A stretch of 64,000 nucleotides of DNA. Origin: Neoechinorhynchus agilis (lineage: Eukaryota > Animalia > Acanthocephala). The DNA is taken from NCBI GenBank assembly GCA_051530055.1, contig CM121341.1, forward strand, positions 7,976,784 through 8,040,783, in the 5' to 3' direction. Of this stretch, positions 11,470 to 23,106 are shown one piece after another (the stretch's first letter is position 1; each line of letters opens with the position of its first letter). The notes beneath the pieces were generated by a model. The model was not told where the DNA came from and did no database searches. It was given only the letters and a program-made list of their open reading frames with translations. The position numbers and the translations under genes were made by a program.

Positions 11470-14400
11470 ATAAATAAAGCTGGAACGAAGTTAGTAACGG
11501 CAGGGCGAGCAGGTAATTTAGATATTGTTGTTGATGTTGTTGTTTATTTTACACTCATACCACAACAATCGATTAAATAGCATTTAAAATTATTTCTATA
11601 AGTGTAAACGAGGCAACTGGTCGATATGAACTGATAGATTGCGCCAATTTGATGGGTAGAAGGAGCAATCCATCTGGACGAGTTGTAACTGATGTCGCCT
11701 GGAGTCGATCTGATGGTTTGTTAGTCACCAAAGTTCCGTCTCAATTTTTTCCATTTAGAAAGTATTGTGGCTATTTCGTTCGCCGGTCCGCATATATTCA
11801 TATACGATATCCAAGTCGTGGCTATTCCAGTAGCCAAATTGAGGCTCAATGTAGACAATATCCATTCAAGAACAGTTAACAGAGTACACTTCCATCCATC
11901 CGATGGAAGTGTACTGCTTACTGGATCTCAAGATGGAACCTGTAACATAATGGTCAGTGATTCTTTTTTTTTGAGTAGTGGTCAGCTTAAAAGTTCCATG
12001 TATTTGAATAGAATCTTTGAGACCGGAATCCATTCTCGTTCGAGGGGGTTTTCCGGATTATTTAGTTTTTTTAAACTGCGATAAACATGCGGGCGGGTGA
12101 TAGTGGTATAAAAAATAGGGGGAATTGTATAATTTTAGCTTTGTTGATGAAAATACAATGGAAAAGTGTATTTTGCAAGAATTAATTGAGACCGAAAAAC
12201 GTTCAGATACGTGAATTTTCGGTCATCCGAAAACCCAATGTTATTTAATTAGTTTTTAAAGTTAGACGACAGATATCATTGTTCTCTTAACATGCGGGCG
12301 GGGGTGGAAATAGTGGTACAAAAAAGCAAAATTAGTTCTATTGTTGAAAATAAACACTCATTTGATCTCTGTATCCCTTGAGCATTGTGATCCGGATAAA
12401 ATCCACGTTTCGGTCCATTGTACTTGTTTTTCGCATTATTGTGTTTTTATTCTTTTCATCTCGATAATCTTTGACTTCTTGGAAGTTGTGGACTTAAAAC
12501 TTTTCCTGTGGCGCCCTTCAATGACCTCATACATTCTCAATTGAAATTTACAAGTATTTGAGTCTGAACTTTTTGGTTTAAACAGCTTATTTCGAGTTAT
12601 TGTGTTTTTATTCTTTTCATCTCGATAATCTTTGACTTCTTGGAAGTTGTGGACTTAAAACTTTTCCTGTGCCGCCCTTCAATGACCTCTCTCTTAGGGA
12701 GACTTTGAATACATTCTCAATAGAAATTTACAAGTATTTGAGTCTAAATTTTTTGGTTTAAACAGCTTATTTCGGGTTATTGTGTTTTTATTCTTTTCAT
12801 CTCGATAATCTTTGACTTCTTGGAAGTTGTGGACTTAAAAATTTTCCTGTGCCGCCCTTCAGTGACCTCATACATTCTCAATAGAAATTTACAAGTATTT
12901 GAGTCTAAATTTTTTGGTTTAAACAGCTTATTTCGGGTTATTGTGTTTTTATTCTTTTCATCTCGATAATCTTTGACTTCTTGGAAGTTGTGGACTTAAA
13001 ACTTTTCCTGTGGCGCCCTTCAATGACCTCATACATTCTCAATAGAAATTTACAAGTATTTGAGTCTAAATTTTTTGGTTTAAAGAGTTTATTTAGGACT
13101 TACGTGAACCATCAGTCGTGAGTACATTCAAGGCTCATTCCGAAAGTGGAGTAAGAGACGTAGAGTTTCATCCTTCCAATAGCTACAGATTTGCTTCATC
13201 TGCCGATAATGGATCATTGGCCGTATGTTTAGACTTGATTAGTTTGCTTTAATTGTGACGACTATAGATATGGGACATGCGTAAAAACGAACGTCCTGAA
13301 ATGTTAATTTCTGCTCATACAGAACCAATTCTTAGTCTTGATTGGCACTTGTTTGATCATGGCTTAATAGCTACAGCGTCAAGAGACAAACAGATAAAGG
13401 TAAGTTTAGCTTGTGCTCGAAATCTAAAATGAAATAATCGATAGGTTTGGGATGTGGACGACATATCAAGTCCATGTCTATTCACTACATTTACTCCATC
13501 AAGCTTGGCTCGAGTGAAATGGCGACCATTCAGTCGTTACCAACTGGCAACTTGTTCCTCCTACCTAATGGATACAAGTGTTAATGTGTGGGATGTTAGA
13601 AGGGCTTATTTGCCTAAATACAGCTTCATAGATCATAGTGACCTCGTGACAGGTTAAAGAAAAAGTATATAAACACTAAAACATTACTTCAATTTTAAGC
13701 TAGAGCTGTTCTGGTGTGACGACCGAGCCATTGTTTCTTGTGCTAAAAATGGGAATATCTGCGTTGCATCAATCGATCAAGCATTGAGAATGTCTAAAGT
13801 CGTCAGTCCATGCTGTTTGGACATACGATCGGATGGAAGTGTTGCAACTTGTTTGTCTGAATGGGAAATGGGGTCCAAGGACGCTGCTGAAATCACTGGA
13901 CATGATTATAAACGAAAACAGTCTTCTAGTAGCGACAAGGGCCAACATGATCTAATGTCATTGCCAACACCTTCTCCCTCGAGCACCACTGGACCGACTC
14001 TGCCACGAATCGATTCCGGAGCGTCTTCGGTCTCCTCAATAAGTGCGTCCGCATCGTCACACTCGTTCGCTCCCATGTTTGACGAGGTTAATCTGGGCAC
14101 GTGGAAGCGATCCACCACTACAACGTCACTCGTTGTGGAGCCCTCTTGGGTTCCTCGATCACCTCCTCCTCCGGTGATCGGAATCGATGAAGAAGATCAC
14201 ACCAAAGGCGTCCTCCACACGTTTTCTATCATTCAATGTTCATTTTCGCAAACCAACATACGAAATTTTGCCCTGGAGTACGTTTTGACGGACCAATGGC
14301 GTGACCAAGAATCAGATTTGTACGATAAAACACTCACTGAAGAAGTCTTTAAGGAAAAAAGAGATGAGGAGAGTTCAAGAGCTGCGAAGAAGTTCAAAAG

Positions 14401-17088
14401 ATTCTGGGAAACCTGCGATCGGAATGCAAAGGTTGCGCGAAAATACGAGGCACACCACGCTGATCTTTGTTGGTCACTTCTGCCAACACTGGCCCCAACT
14501 TTCGCAGAATCGTGTGCACAGGCTACACCTTGAGCCGAATTCTCAATCAGTCGATGTCCTTACATTACTTTTCTAGTTTTGCCACCCCCATTCGGATTTA
14601 AATTCATTTAAGTAATCTATATTTCCCCTGAGCCGACTTCGCCATTGTACGGGACCACCTCTCGGACCTGGTTCTTATCGGGCAACATCTTCGTCAAACC
14701 TCTGGGTTTTTTTGAACTCATTATCTCCACTAGAACCACTGCCATTTCAATAACAATCTTAAACTCTTGAAGTCCGCCGTGAACATTTATCAATTAGCCA
14801 CGTAGTTTTCAGACCTTGATCATATGGCGTACAAGATTGTGTGCCGGAATCATTTTAATTTCTTCGTGCCGCTAGAAAACGACCTACCGGTATGTTGGTT
14901 TTATTTTCGTCCATAGGTTGAACTAAACAGCCCATTTCGTAAATTTGGTTCCACGTTAATATTTGTTTGAAGATTGAATTATTAATACAAGGTTGTTTTC
15001 TGGCGACACGAAGAAATTAAAATGATTTTATTTTTAAAATCCGATTGATTCCAGCACACAATCTTGTACGCCATTTGATCAAGGTCTGAAAACTACGTGG
15101 CTAATTGATCAATGTTCACGGAGGACTTTAGACTCAATCTTAGGACAGTGAATATTGATCCATGATCAAAAGGCGTACAAGATTGTGCCTCGGAAATCAA
15201 TCGGATTTTAAAGATAAAATCATTTTAATTTCTTCGTGCCGCGCCAATTTTCTATTGATCATCAATCCCGGGTTCAATCCTATCGCTGAATCCACCCGAT
15301 TAGTACTTTTTTAAAGCTTATTATTTCACACATAAATATGCGAATGACTTTAGCGCTTTTGGTGAACTCTGATGAACAACAAGGTCATGTAAACCATAAA
15401 AAATCGACTGCCGAAAGTGCTAAAATAATTCATAATAAATAAAAAATATATACTTGTGGTCAAGAAAATCAGTTGACAATCCAACAAATGGTAAAGGTTA
15501 ACTTTTTCTTTTTTCTGTGGAATCGCAGAATTCTTTTTTTTCAAAAGTGTAAGCCTTTTTTGATAGTCTTGTAACTTGAAAAGTAGAATTCGGTCAACAT
15601 AGATCGTCAACATCACCTCTGCTGTCACCAACGTGGCTGGATGCATCCTCTCAGAAATCTCAACAGCATTCAGTTAAGTGTATTTCCCCCATTCCTTCAT
15701 CGATTGACAAGGTATTCGTCTCATCGTCGCTTTCAACTTCCTCGGTGGGCAGTAGTGTTACCAATGATGATGATGATGACATGGAAACCATAAATCCTAT
15801 TAGTAAAGACCGATCTGAGAGTGATTTTTTCTACGAGAATAGCAACTTACAAATACATTCAGAAATACAAGGAAAGCATCATCGACGAAGTAGGCGGCGC
15901 AGGGCGTCTACACGATCGAGAGATTTGTCGGACTTCCAGGAATCGGAGGAAGTGCCTCTTGTATTTTTCGTTGGATCGGTTTCATCGTGGCAGGTGAATA
16001 ATCCTGAGATGCGACGTCGTTTCGGACTTGAAGGTTGGGATTATGACAGTGATAATGGACGGGAAAATGAATGGTCGTGGTCTCCATCGGATGAAGAAAG
16101 CGAAGATGACGATGATTTGGAGAATGTGAACAATTTGGCTGGGGGTGGCCGCTCGAATGTAGGTTTAGTTTCAAGCTTATGCCTTGTTCACATTCAGTGG
16201 ATATCACAAATAGTGGATTCTTCGTAGAGGACATGACGAGACCGGTAACGTACCGTCCAGAAACTGAAACGACAACTCATACGACCGATATTTCAAGTTC
16301 AAGTAAGACGGTTTCTAGAGTTGGATCGAAATCATCTCAAAGTAAAGACGTTTATGACAGGTGCTCTAACTTCTCTCGGTGTCTTTTTAAACGTTTGCGC
16401 TTAGCAGTGAGCATCAAAGACAACCAAGAACATTGAGTGATCGATCGGATGGATCCGTAATTCGGCAAGTGGGAAGTGACGGCTCCTTTCCTGAAGGTCC
16501 TCTTTATTCATATCTTGCTTCTAAAATCAACTTCCTTGTTGAAATGGGAGAAGTTCACAATGCAACAAGCATTCTTGTGCTTATTGCGTCCTTCTATCCT
16601 GAAGTGACCAATATGATCATTAAGCCGAACCTGATAAATGAATGGGCGGCATCTTATGCTGGTTAGTATCGATGAAACTCTGAATCGTTTTCATGCTCAC
16701 CCAATATAGCAATACTGGAGAGGTCTGGACTATTCAATCAGGCACGAGAAATAATGAACTTTGCGAGTTTAAGTGAAGATGCAATCTTTAACGGATGTCT
16801 TCATCTTCAATGTTCTAATTGCCTCAAACTTTTAGACGGTTCTCATGGTGCCTTTTATTGCGCAAAATGTCATGGCATCAAGATTTGCGCTATCTGGTAA
16901 GCTTTCTGTTAACATCGTCGTCTTTTCGATATTAGTCCCATTTTTTGAATAGCCGAACGGTTGTGAAAGGTCTCTATGTCGCATGTCCAGGGTGTTCCCA
17001 CGGTGGACACGGTCAACACTTAATCTCCTGGTTCAAAACATCTACAAAATGCCCCTTTGTAGGATGCAATCACGAATGTATGAGCTAA
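11470..17088 (+). CDS. WDR24: GATOR2 subunit WDR24 (SEA2), multi-exon; exact start not resolved
   Basis: Spliced with GT-AG introns: [49 protein letters not shown]...[24 protein letters not shown], and a C-terminal zinc/RING region CSNC...CAKC...CAIC...CPGCSHGGH...[10 protein letters not shown]. Confidence 0.9.
12438..13096. repeat. Tandem array, ~160-bp unit (one ~180), 4 copies, at the 3' end of WDR24 intron 11953-13096
   Basis: tattgtgtttttattcttttcatctcgataatc at ~12438, 12598, 12778, 12939. Confidence 0.95.
14770..15245. repeat. Inverted repeat pair (~110-130-bp arms) plus a third partial direct copy inside a WDR24 intron
   Basis: attagccacgtagttttcagaccttgatc...ggcgtacaagattgtg (14790-14845) is reverse-complemented at ~15055-15110; third copy at ~15165-15243. 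Confidence 0.9.
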
Positions 17089-17209
17089 TTTGTCATTAAG
17101 ACGCTTTTGAATATCGACCAATAAATATATAGTAATGAAAAGATCGGGCACACAAATTCGAACGAGCAAATAAGTACACACACAATTAAATTTTTTGATT
17201 TTTTAGGCG

Positions 17210-18570
17210 ACACATTGATATAAGTTACCGGCTGGCTAATCTTCATAAAAATTCAATAGCATTGAATTAAAAAATCAAAATCTGACTGAGTTTGACATTC
17301 CGTAGTTGTGCTGAGATGGTCAAGTGGACTAATGCTCCAGATCCCACCAGTTGAGGGTAAACTGGTTCGAATCCGTTACCGCCAATGACCTACAACCTAA
17401 AATGGGACGAAATACCTCGTTGAAGGGAGGAAACTCACTGATGAATCCTGTCTCCTCCTCGAGAGGAGGTATCTGAGGATCCGGAGAGATTCGTACAAAA
17501 CTCCTAACATTATGGTTCGGGGTATTGAGTGATTTTATTTGCTTCCCTGAACCAGATCGGTGGGCTGTATGCCAATGGAAAACTTATCAGCCGTGTGATA
17601 AAAAGCCACACATTGATATAAGTTACCGGCTGGCTAATCTTCATAAAAATTCAATAGCCTATAATTAAAAAATCAAAATCTGACTGAGTTTGACATTCCG
17701 TAGTTGTGCTGAGATGGTCAAGTGGACTAATGCTCCAGATCCCACCAGTTGAGGATCAACTGGTTCGAATCCGTTACCGCCAATGGCCTACAACCGAAAA
17801 TGGGACGAAATACCTCGTTGAAGGGAGGAAACTCACTGATGAATCCTGTCTCCTCCTCGAGAGGAGGTATCTGAGGATCCGGAGAGATTCGTACAAAACT
17901 CCTAACATTATGGTTCGGGGTATTGAGTGATTTTATTTGCTTCCCTGAACCAGATCGGTGGGCTGTGTGCCAATGGAAAACTTATCAGCCGTGTGATAAA
18001 AAGCCAAACATTGATATAAGTTACCGGCTGGCTAATCTTCATAAAAATTCAATAGCCTTGAATAAAAAAATCAAAATCTGACTGAGTTTGACATTCCGTA
18101 GTTGTGCTGAGATGGTCAAGTGGACTAATGCTCCAGATCCCACCAGTTGAGGATCAACTGGTTCGAATCCGTTACCGCCAATGGCCTACAACCGAAAATG
18201 GGACGAAATACCTCGTTGAAGGGAGGAAACTCACTGATGAATCCTGTCTCTCCTCGAGAGGAGGTATCTGAGGATCCGGAGAGATTCGTACAAAACTCCT
18301 AACATTATGGTTCGGGGTATTGAGTGATTTTATTTGCTTCCCTGAACCAGATCGGTGGGCTGTATGCCAATGGAAAACTTATCAGCCGTGTGATAAAAAG
18401 CCACACATTGATATAAGTTACCGGCTGGCTAATCTTCATAAAAATTCAATAGCCTTGAATAAAAAAAATCAAAATCTGACTGAGTTTGACATTCCGTAGT
18501 TGTACTGAGATGGTCAAGTGGACTAATGCACCGCCAATGGCCTACAACCTAAAATGGGACGGGGAACTCA
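17210..18570 (+). mobile_element. 398-bp tandem array (3.4 units) of a tRNA-derived SINE-like unit carrying hammerhead core motifs
   Basis: Units start at 17210, 17608, 18006, 18403. Each has an A box (TGGTCAAGTGG), a B box (GGTTCGAATCC), GGGACGAAA and CTGATGA. Confidence 0.8.
17708..17934 (+). ncRNA. Predicted ~227-nt Pol III transcript (tRNA-Leu/Ser-like head plus hammerhead-like domain), unit 2; equivalents in units 1 and 3
   Basis: Class II tRNA-like head 17708-17782; no T4 run until TTTT at 17931-17934. Confidence 0.55.
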
Positions 18571-19200
18571 CTCTGAGTAATGGAATTTCTGGAGAGGAAC
18601 TAACCTGAAAGCGCAAATCACTTTTGTAATTGCATTTTCTCAATTGTTTACAAAAGAGTCGAGACTTTTGTAAAGAATTGTTTCCTATCGCGTCTACAAG
18701 CAAAATACATCCGGTTCTAAAGTATTGAGCGAAAAACAGCGCGATTAAATCTTTTTTACTCGATTTATTTTTGATTTTTTTACGAATGCTCTTTTTTTCA
18801 GGTAATATTATACTTTTTTCCAGATAATGTTGATATTGAGTACTTTTAGAATTGACGAACAAGACAAATTTCCTCTTTTTTATGTTCAATTAGGATTTCA
18901 AGAATCAGAGGGATTTATTCCGATTTGAACATATATTGAACCTTCAGAATTCCTGATTTTAATCGCAGATTTAACCATTGTTCGAGTGTATTAATTACAA
19001 TGGTTCATTCCAAGCTTAAAACGTCGCTTTTTTTGTACGACATGAATCTTAATGCGTATTAAACACATTAATTTGATTAAAATAATTTTGATGGATTAGG
19101 TTCATGCAAACATTTTTAGATTGTCAAACTGTTTTCAGCCATCTCAAATTGTAATTATTTTATATGATCGAACGGAAAATGGGTGTTTTATTTGTTTATT

Positions 19201-19239
19201 GCTTCAAATTTTCGACGCCTTGCGTCTTCGTCAGGAAGC
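19201..19239 (-). ncRNA. Minimal type I hammerhead ribozyme (Penelope-type), intact
   Basis: GCTTC-CTGACGA-A-GACGC(AAG)GCGTC-GAAA-AT-T-T-GAAGC; perfect 5-bp stems I and II; palindromic AATT at helix III. Confidence 0.85.
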
Positions 19240-19384
19240 TTTTCTTCGGTTATCTGAAAAGGAATCAGAGGAGGGCAACGCTGTCCGTCAGCTCATCCCT
19301 CTTATTGAGCATCCCCTCTAAAGAGGGATGAGCTGACGTACAGCGTTGTCCTCCTTTGATTCCTTTTCGGACAACCGAAGAAAA

Positions 19385-19423
19385 GCTTCCTGACGAAGAC
19401 GCAAGGCGTCGAAAATTTGAACC
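19385..19423 (+). ncRNA. Minimal hammerhead ribozyme, same family, one stem I mismatch
   Basis: GCTTC-CTGACGA-A-GACGC(AAG)GCGTC-GAAA-AT-T-T-GAACC, then AATAAA at 19424. Confidence 0.8.
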
Positions 19424-19647
19424 AATAAACAAATAAAACACCCATTTTCCGTTCGATAATAAATCTGGAATAAACATGAGGGTGTTGGGAAAAGAGGCTT
19501 TCAATAATATTATGAGCATGCGGTTAAAAAAACCGACTTTTCGAGTTACTACAGACTTCTTCGCGACTCTGGAGAGGATAAAGATTTTGGAGCAACGGAT
19601 CAACAGCGTTGCCCTCCTCTGATTCCTTTTCAGACAACCGAAGAAAA

Positions 19648-19686
19648 GCTTCCTGACAAAGACGCAAGGCGTCGAAAATTTGAACC
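19648..19686 (+). ncRNA. Hammerhead copy with core mutation G8A (CTGACAA), probably inactive
   Basis: Otherwise identical to 19385-19423. Confidence 0.7.
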
Positions 19687-20367
19687 AATAAACAAATAAA
19701 ACACCCATTTTCCGTTCGATAATAAATCTGGAATAAACCATGAGGGTGTTGGGAAAAGAGGCTTTCCATAATTTTATTATTTTATATGGTTTTTGTTATT
19801 AAGATCATTGGCGTAGATTCTGATTGTAATGAGAGCGATATCCGTGTTTATATCGAAACGATCAGGAAAAAACTTTAAATTATAACATTGACTTATTCTA
19901 GGAACGTTGCACCTATAAACAAAAACGTTTAATCAAGAAATTCCATTTAAAATGACAATAACCCAAACTGCGCCGGTGTGCTAAACAACTTATTTTCGAG
20001 ATATAATAAAATAAACCGAAGAAAAATTTGATTTTTTTACGTTTTTGCGTCTAATAGTTTCCTAAAACTTGGCGCAAAACTGTGTTTGGGATTCGTTTTA
20101 AAAGCGAAAATTTCATGGTTCGTAATTGATTTGCAAGTGATTAGCGCAACCAACCCAGACTTCGTTCTAAAAGTCTATTCATGTCACTCTTCTTAATGTC
20201 TTAGCTTTATGGTGCATAGGAGTGGAAAAATTGGAGCGTTTTATTTGCAGTTATTATTTTTTCAAATTATAATAAGACGATTAATATAGATTTTTCAATT
20301 TGTTCTATTATCAAAAAACTTTATAAATTCCATAGAACCGTTTTAAATGTGTATTAAAAGTAATTTA

Positions 20368-20412
20368 ATTTTTTGATATTTCGTCCTCATCGCATGGGAC
20401 TTCTTCAGAATT
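20368..20412 (-). ncRNA. Minimal hammerhead core, ATAT family, weak stem I
   Basis: CTGAAGA-A-GTCC(CATGCGATGA)GGAC-GAAA-TA-T-C; stem I has only 2 bp locally. Confidence 0.6.
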
Positions 20413-20601
20413 GTAGTTTAAGCAACAAACAATATCAAAAAATTAAATTACTTTTACCAACTCTGACAGCGATCCATAAAACGCGTTTTTATATTTTTAT
20501 CGTCCGCCTCGCCGTGGTGATTTAAAACGAATAGTTTTTTTTTCGAAAAAAGCGTGAAGACTTTTTAGAATTTTTCTCATTCCTTTTCAAATATCTATCC
20601 A

Positions 20602-21484
20602 ATGCTTCTGTTGATTGGTGTATTACTGTTGTTCGGCACAATGTTCATGAGGTTCAGTTGTCTCCTTTTGACTATATCGAATCTTTGTATTACTTTGGGT
20701 TTAATGAGGAAGGATGCATTCAAAGGACCTTCGGACCTCATGTTTCTAAATACATTGATTTCAACCGATAGGAATCTGTGTAGAAATCAATGGAATGTTT
20801 GGTTTGTCATACGTGTTTCTTTTCAATGGATGTGAATTCATTGGAGCTATTTTGCAGGTATTAGCGTTAATTATTGTTTATCGCGAGTATGGTGATTGTG
20901 TATTTCTCCGATGCAGTAAGCAATTAGCCGCCTTTTTTCAATATCTTGTTGAGTTTATTGCACAAATAGTAGTAGATCAAAGGCATAAGTCTACGTTGTA
21001 CAAAGAAACCGAGAATAATCGATCGATCGATCTGGTGGATTCCGGAAAACAACAGACAGATATTGTTGACTGTTTCAAAAATGAAGAAATTCAACAGAGT
21101 GAATGCGAGAAAAACACATTCGAGAAGATTAAACATGATCCACAACTAGCAGCTTATGACGGAAAAAGCTGTTACACCAATAGAGTTCTTTTAAAGGATC
21201 AAGATCTTTACAACGAACTTGAACCTGTAAAGGAAGACGGAATTCATTTCTCGCATTTTGAGACGTGCCCTAATAGACCGAAGATTTATGATGTTGGCAG
21301 TAATGGCGAATTGATCTCAAACATGGAATTTACGGATAAACTTCGGACATTGCTTAAGAATTCACGAAGCGTAACGGAAAACAAGAACGCTCCTTGTTCT
21401 TGGTATTCAATGAAGAAATTTGAGGGCAAAAAAAGGTCAACTAACAGGCTATCGCGAGTTTGTGATTTTATTTCTAGAGCTTGA
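20602..21484 (+). CDS. Got1/Sft2-like membrane domain plus a long hydrophilic C-terminal extension (paralog 1); intron 20699-20771
   Basis: LLTISNLCITLGICVE...FLFNGCEFIGAILQ resembles GOT1 LLAIGNVLF...GWPLIGMIFE; the GT-AG intron restores the frame. Confidence 0.55.
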
Positions 21485-22169
21485 TGAAACACACCGAAGA
21501 ATAAAAGTGTTTGAGCTAAGTTTTAGCAGTTAGCTGATTACAAATAAATGAAGCGTTTTTTTCCAGCGATCAATGTTTAAATGGTAGCCATCGGTTGTTT
21601 CAAAATCATTCTGACAATCGTTCGCTCCGCCGTATTTTTTAGAAGATTGCGTCCAGATCGCGAATAATTCGTTCTCAAGGTTGTGTAAATGAGCAGTTAA
21701 AGTTCTATGTTAATCGAGTCGGATTTTTTAAGTAATGTCTAAATTCTAAGATTAAGGCAATTCTTAGTAGATGCGCCATTTATTTCTTGTGATAAATCGC
21801 TGGGTTCGATCGAACCTCATCGGATTGAAATTTTTTCGTTTACATAAAAACCGATTTAATTGTGTAGCTCACAAATCGACGCATTTCCCAGTCAGCTTTT
21901 TGAAATTTCATTTAGTTTTTAACTTTTTACGTCAAAATGGTCAACTTTTTGACGCTTCAATTCAAAAAAATCGAGTCAAGTTAAAAAAAATTTGTATGAA
22001 CGTGATTGCGATTTTTTAATTCGATTGTATCACCATGACCGCTTGTTTTTAGGACTACAAAATCGATTTACCGTGAAATTGAGTTCACTAAAGTTCGATG
22101 TGTTTCGGCCTCCATCATATTCTTCAACTCACAATCCCGTTCTCACTCTCGTTTCCTGTGGATTTCAAA

Positions 22170-23106
22170 ATGCCAAATTCTTTGAAAGTCGAAAGGATGC
22201 GAAATGAGGTCGGCCGATGTGCAGAAAGCTTCCATTCATTATGCGAGAAAATGAATAGCATGAACACTCGTGAGAAGAAATCCTTTTTTCGAGTTTCTCT
22301 TGGACTCATGTTTTTATTGGTTGGACTTTGGTCTAAGTTTAATTGTCTCTTCCTCTCACTATCAAACTATTTCATACTATTTGCAGTCGTTGAACAATAC
22401 ACAGAAATTGGACAAACTAAACTAAGATCTGCAAAATTCTCCAATCTGATTTTTCTACCCCATCGATTTCTGTCTTTTTTTTCTGGAAAGTCAGAAATGG
22501 ATGTCCATATTCGGATTGACATACGCATTCCTCTTTAATGGTTATGGATTTGTTGGAGTAATTTGTCAAATCATCACACTTGCCTATATTATCAAAGGCA
22601 AGGACGGAGAAATAACCGAGAAATCTCTAGCGGGATATCAAGTGGCTCAATCCTTCTCCAATTTCCTCATTCATATGAGAAGATTAATTGTGACCATTGT
22701 GGACATTAATTTCTATAGTTACGAAGCTCAATGTGATTGCGAGGATGATGTGGAGTTTGTGGACGCCTTAGATAAGATCCACAATCCGAACGGATTCAGG
22801 ACTAAAACCTCGCATGATTTACCTCAATCGAGACCTGCAGTAATAGAAAGGAGACGAAATCGATGGAGTACCGGTGTCAATGTTAATTTTTCAAACCTCG
22901 ACGATTGTTCCAATCGTTCTGCCATTTGTGATATTGGAGGCAGAAGAGATTCGGCTTGCAATACTTCCTACAGGGACATGCTTGAAATTATGCGTATGAA
23001 CGACGATAATACCAAACGCAAGGCTTTCTCCTCGTTTTATGAGTGTCAATTCCCCCCAATAAAGCGAAAGGAAGTGAACGGAATTGCCGAAAGGGTAGAA
23101 GCATGA
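22170..23106 (+). CDS. Got1/Sft2-like paralog 2 with C-terminal extension; one intron at ~22387-22494
   Basis: FNCLFLSLSNYFILF / FGLTYAFLFNGYGFVGVICQ aligns with paralog 1; shared NRxxIxDxG motif in the tails. Confidence 0.55.

Larger units (their letters stand above)
19150..19770. mobile_element. Fold-back plus third copy of a Penelope-type pseudo-LTR-like repeat
   Basis: Arms ~19166-19304 and ~19321-19457 are inverted; 19600-19770 repeats the right arm; each copy has a hammerhead motif followed by AATAAA. Confidence 0.75.

Noticed and set aside
17708-17782. tRNA-like head as a functional tRNA
   Set aside because: The acceptor stem (GCTGAGA versus TTACCGC) and anticodon arm do not pair; only the A and B boxes and variable-arm hairpin persist.
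17735-17806. HDV-like ribozyme suggested by ATCCCA...CGAAAATGGGAC
   Set aside because: No P1, P1.1 or L3 elements, and the pairing is not kept in the 34 kb homologs.
19121-19769. ORFs of 66-158 aa in the fold-back (also 48545-48865)
   Set aside because: They are translations of the non-coding hammerhead repeat on both strands.
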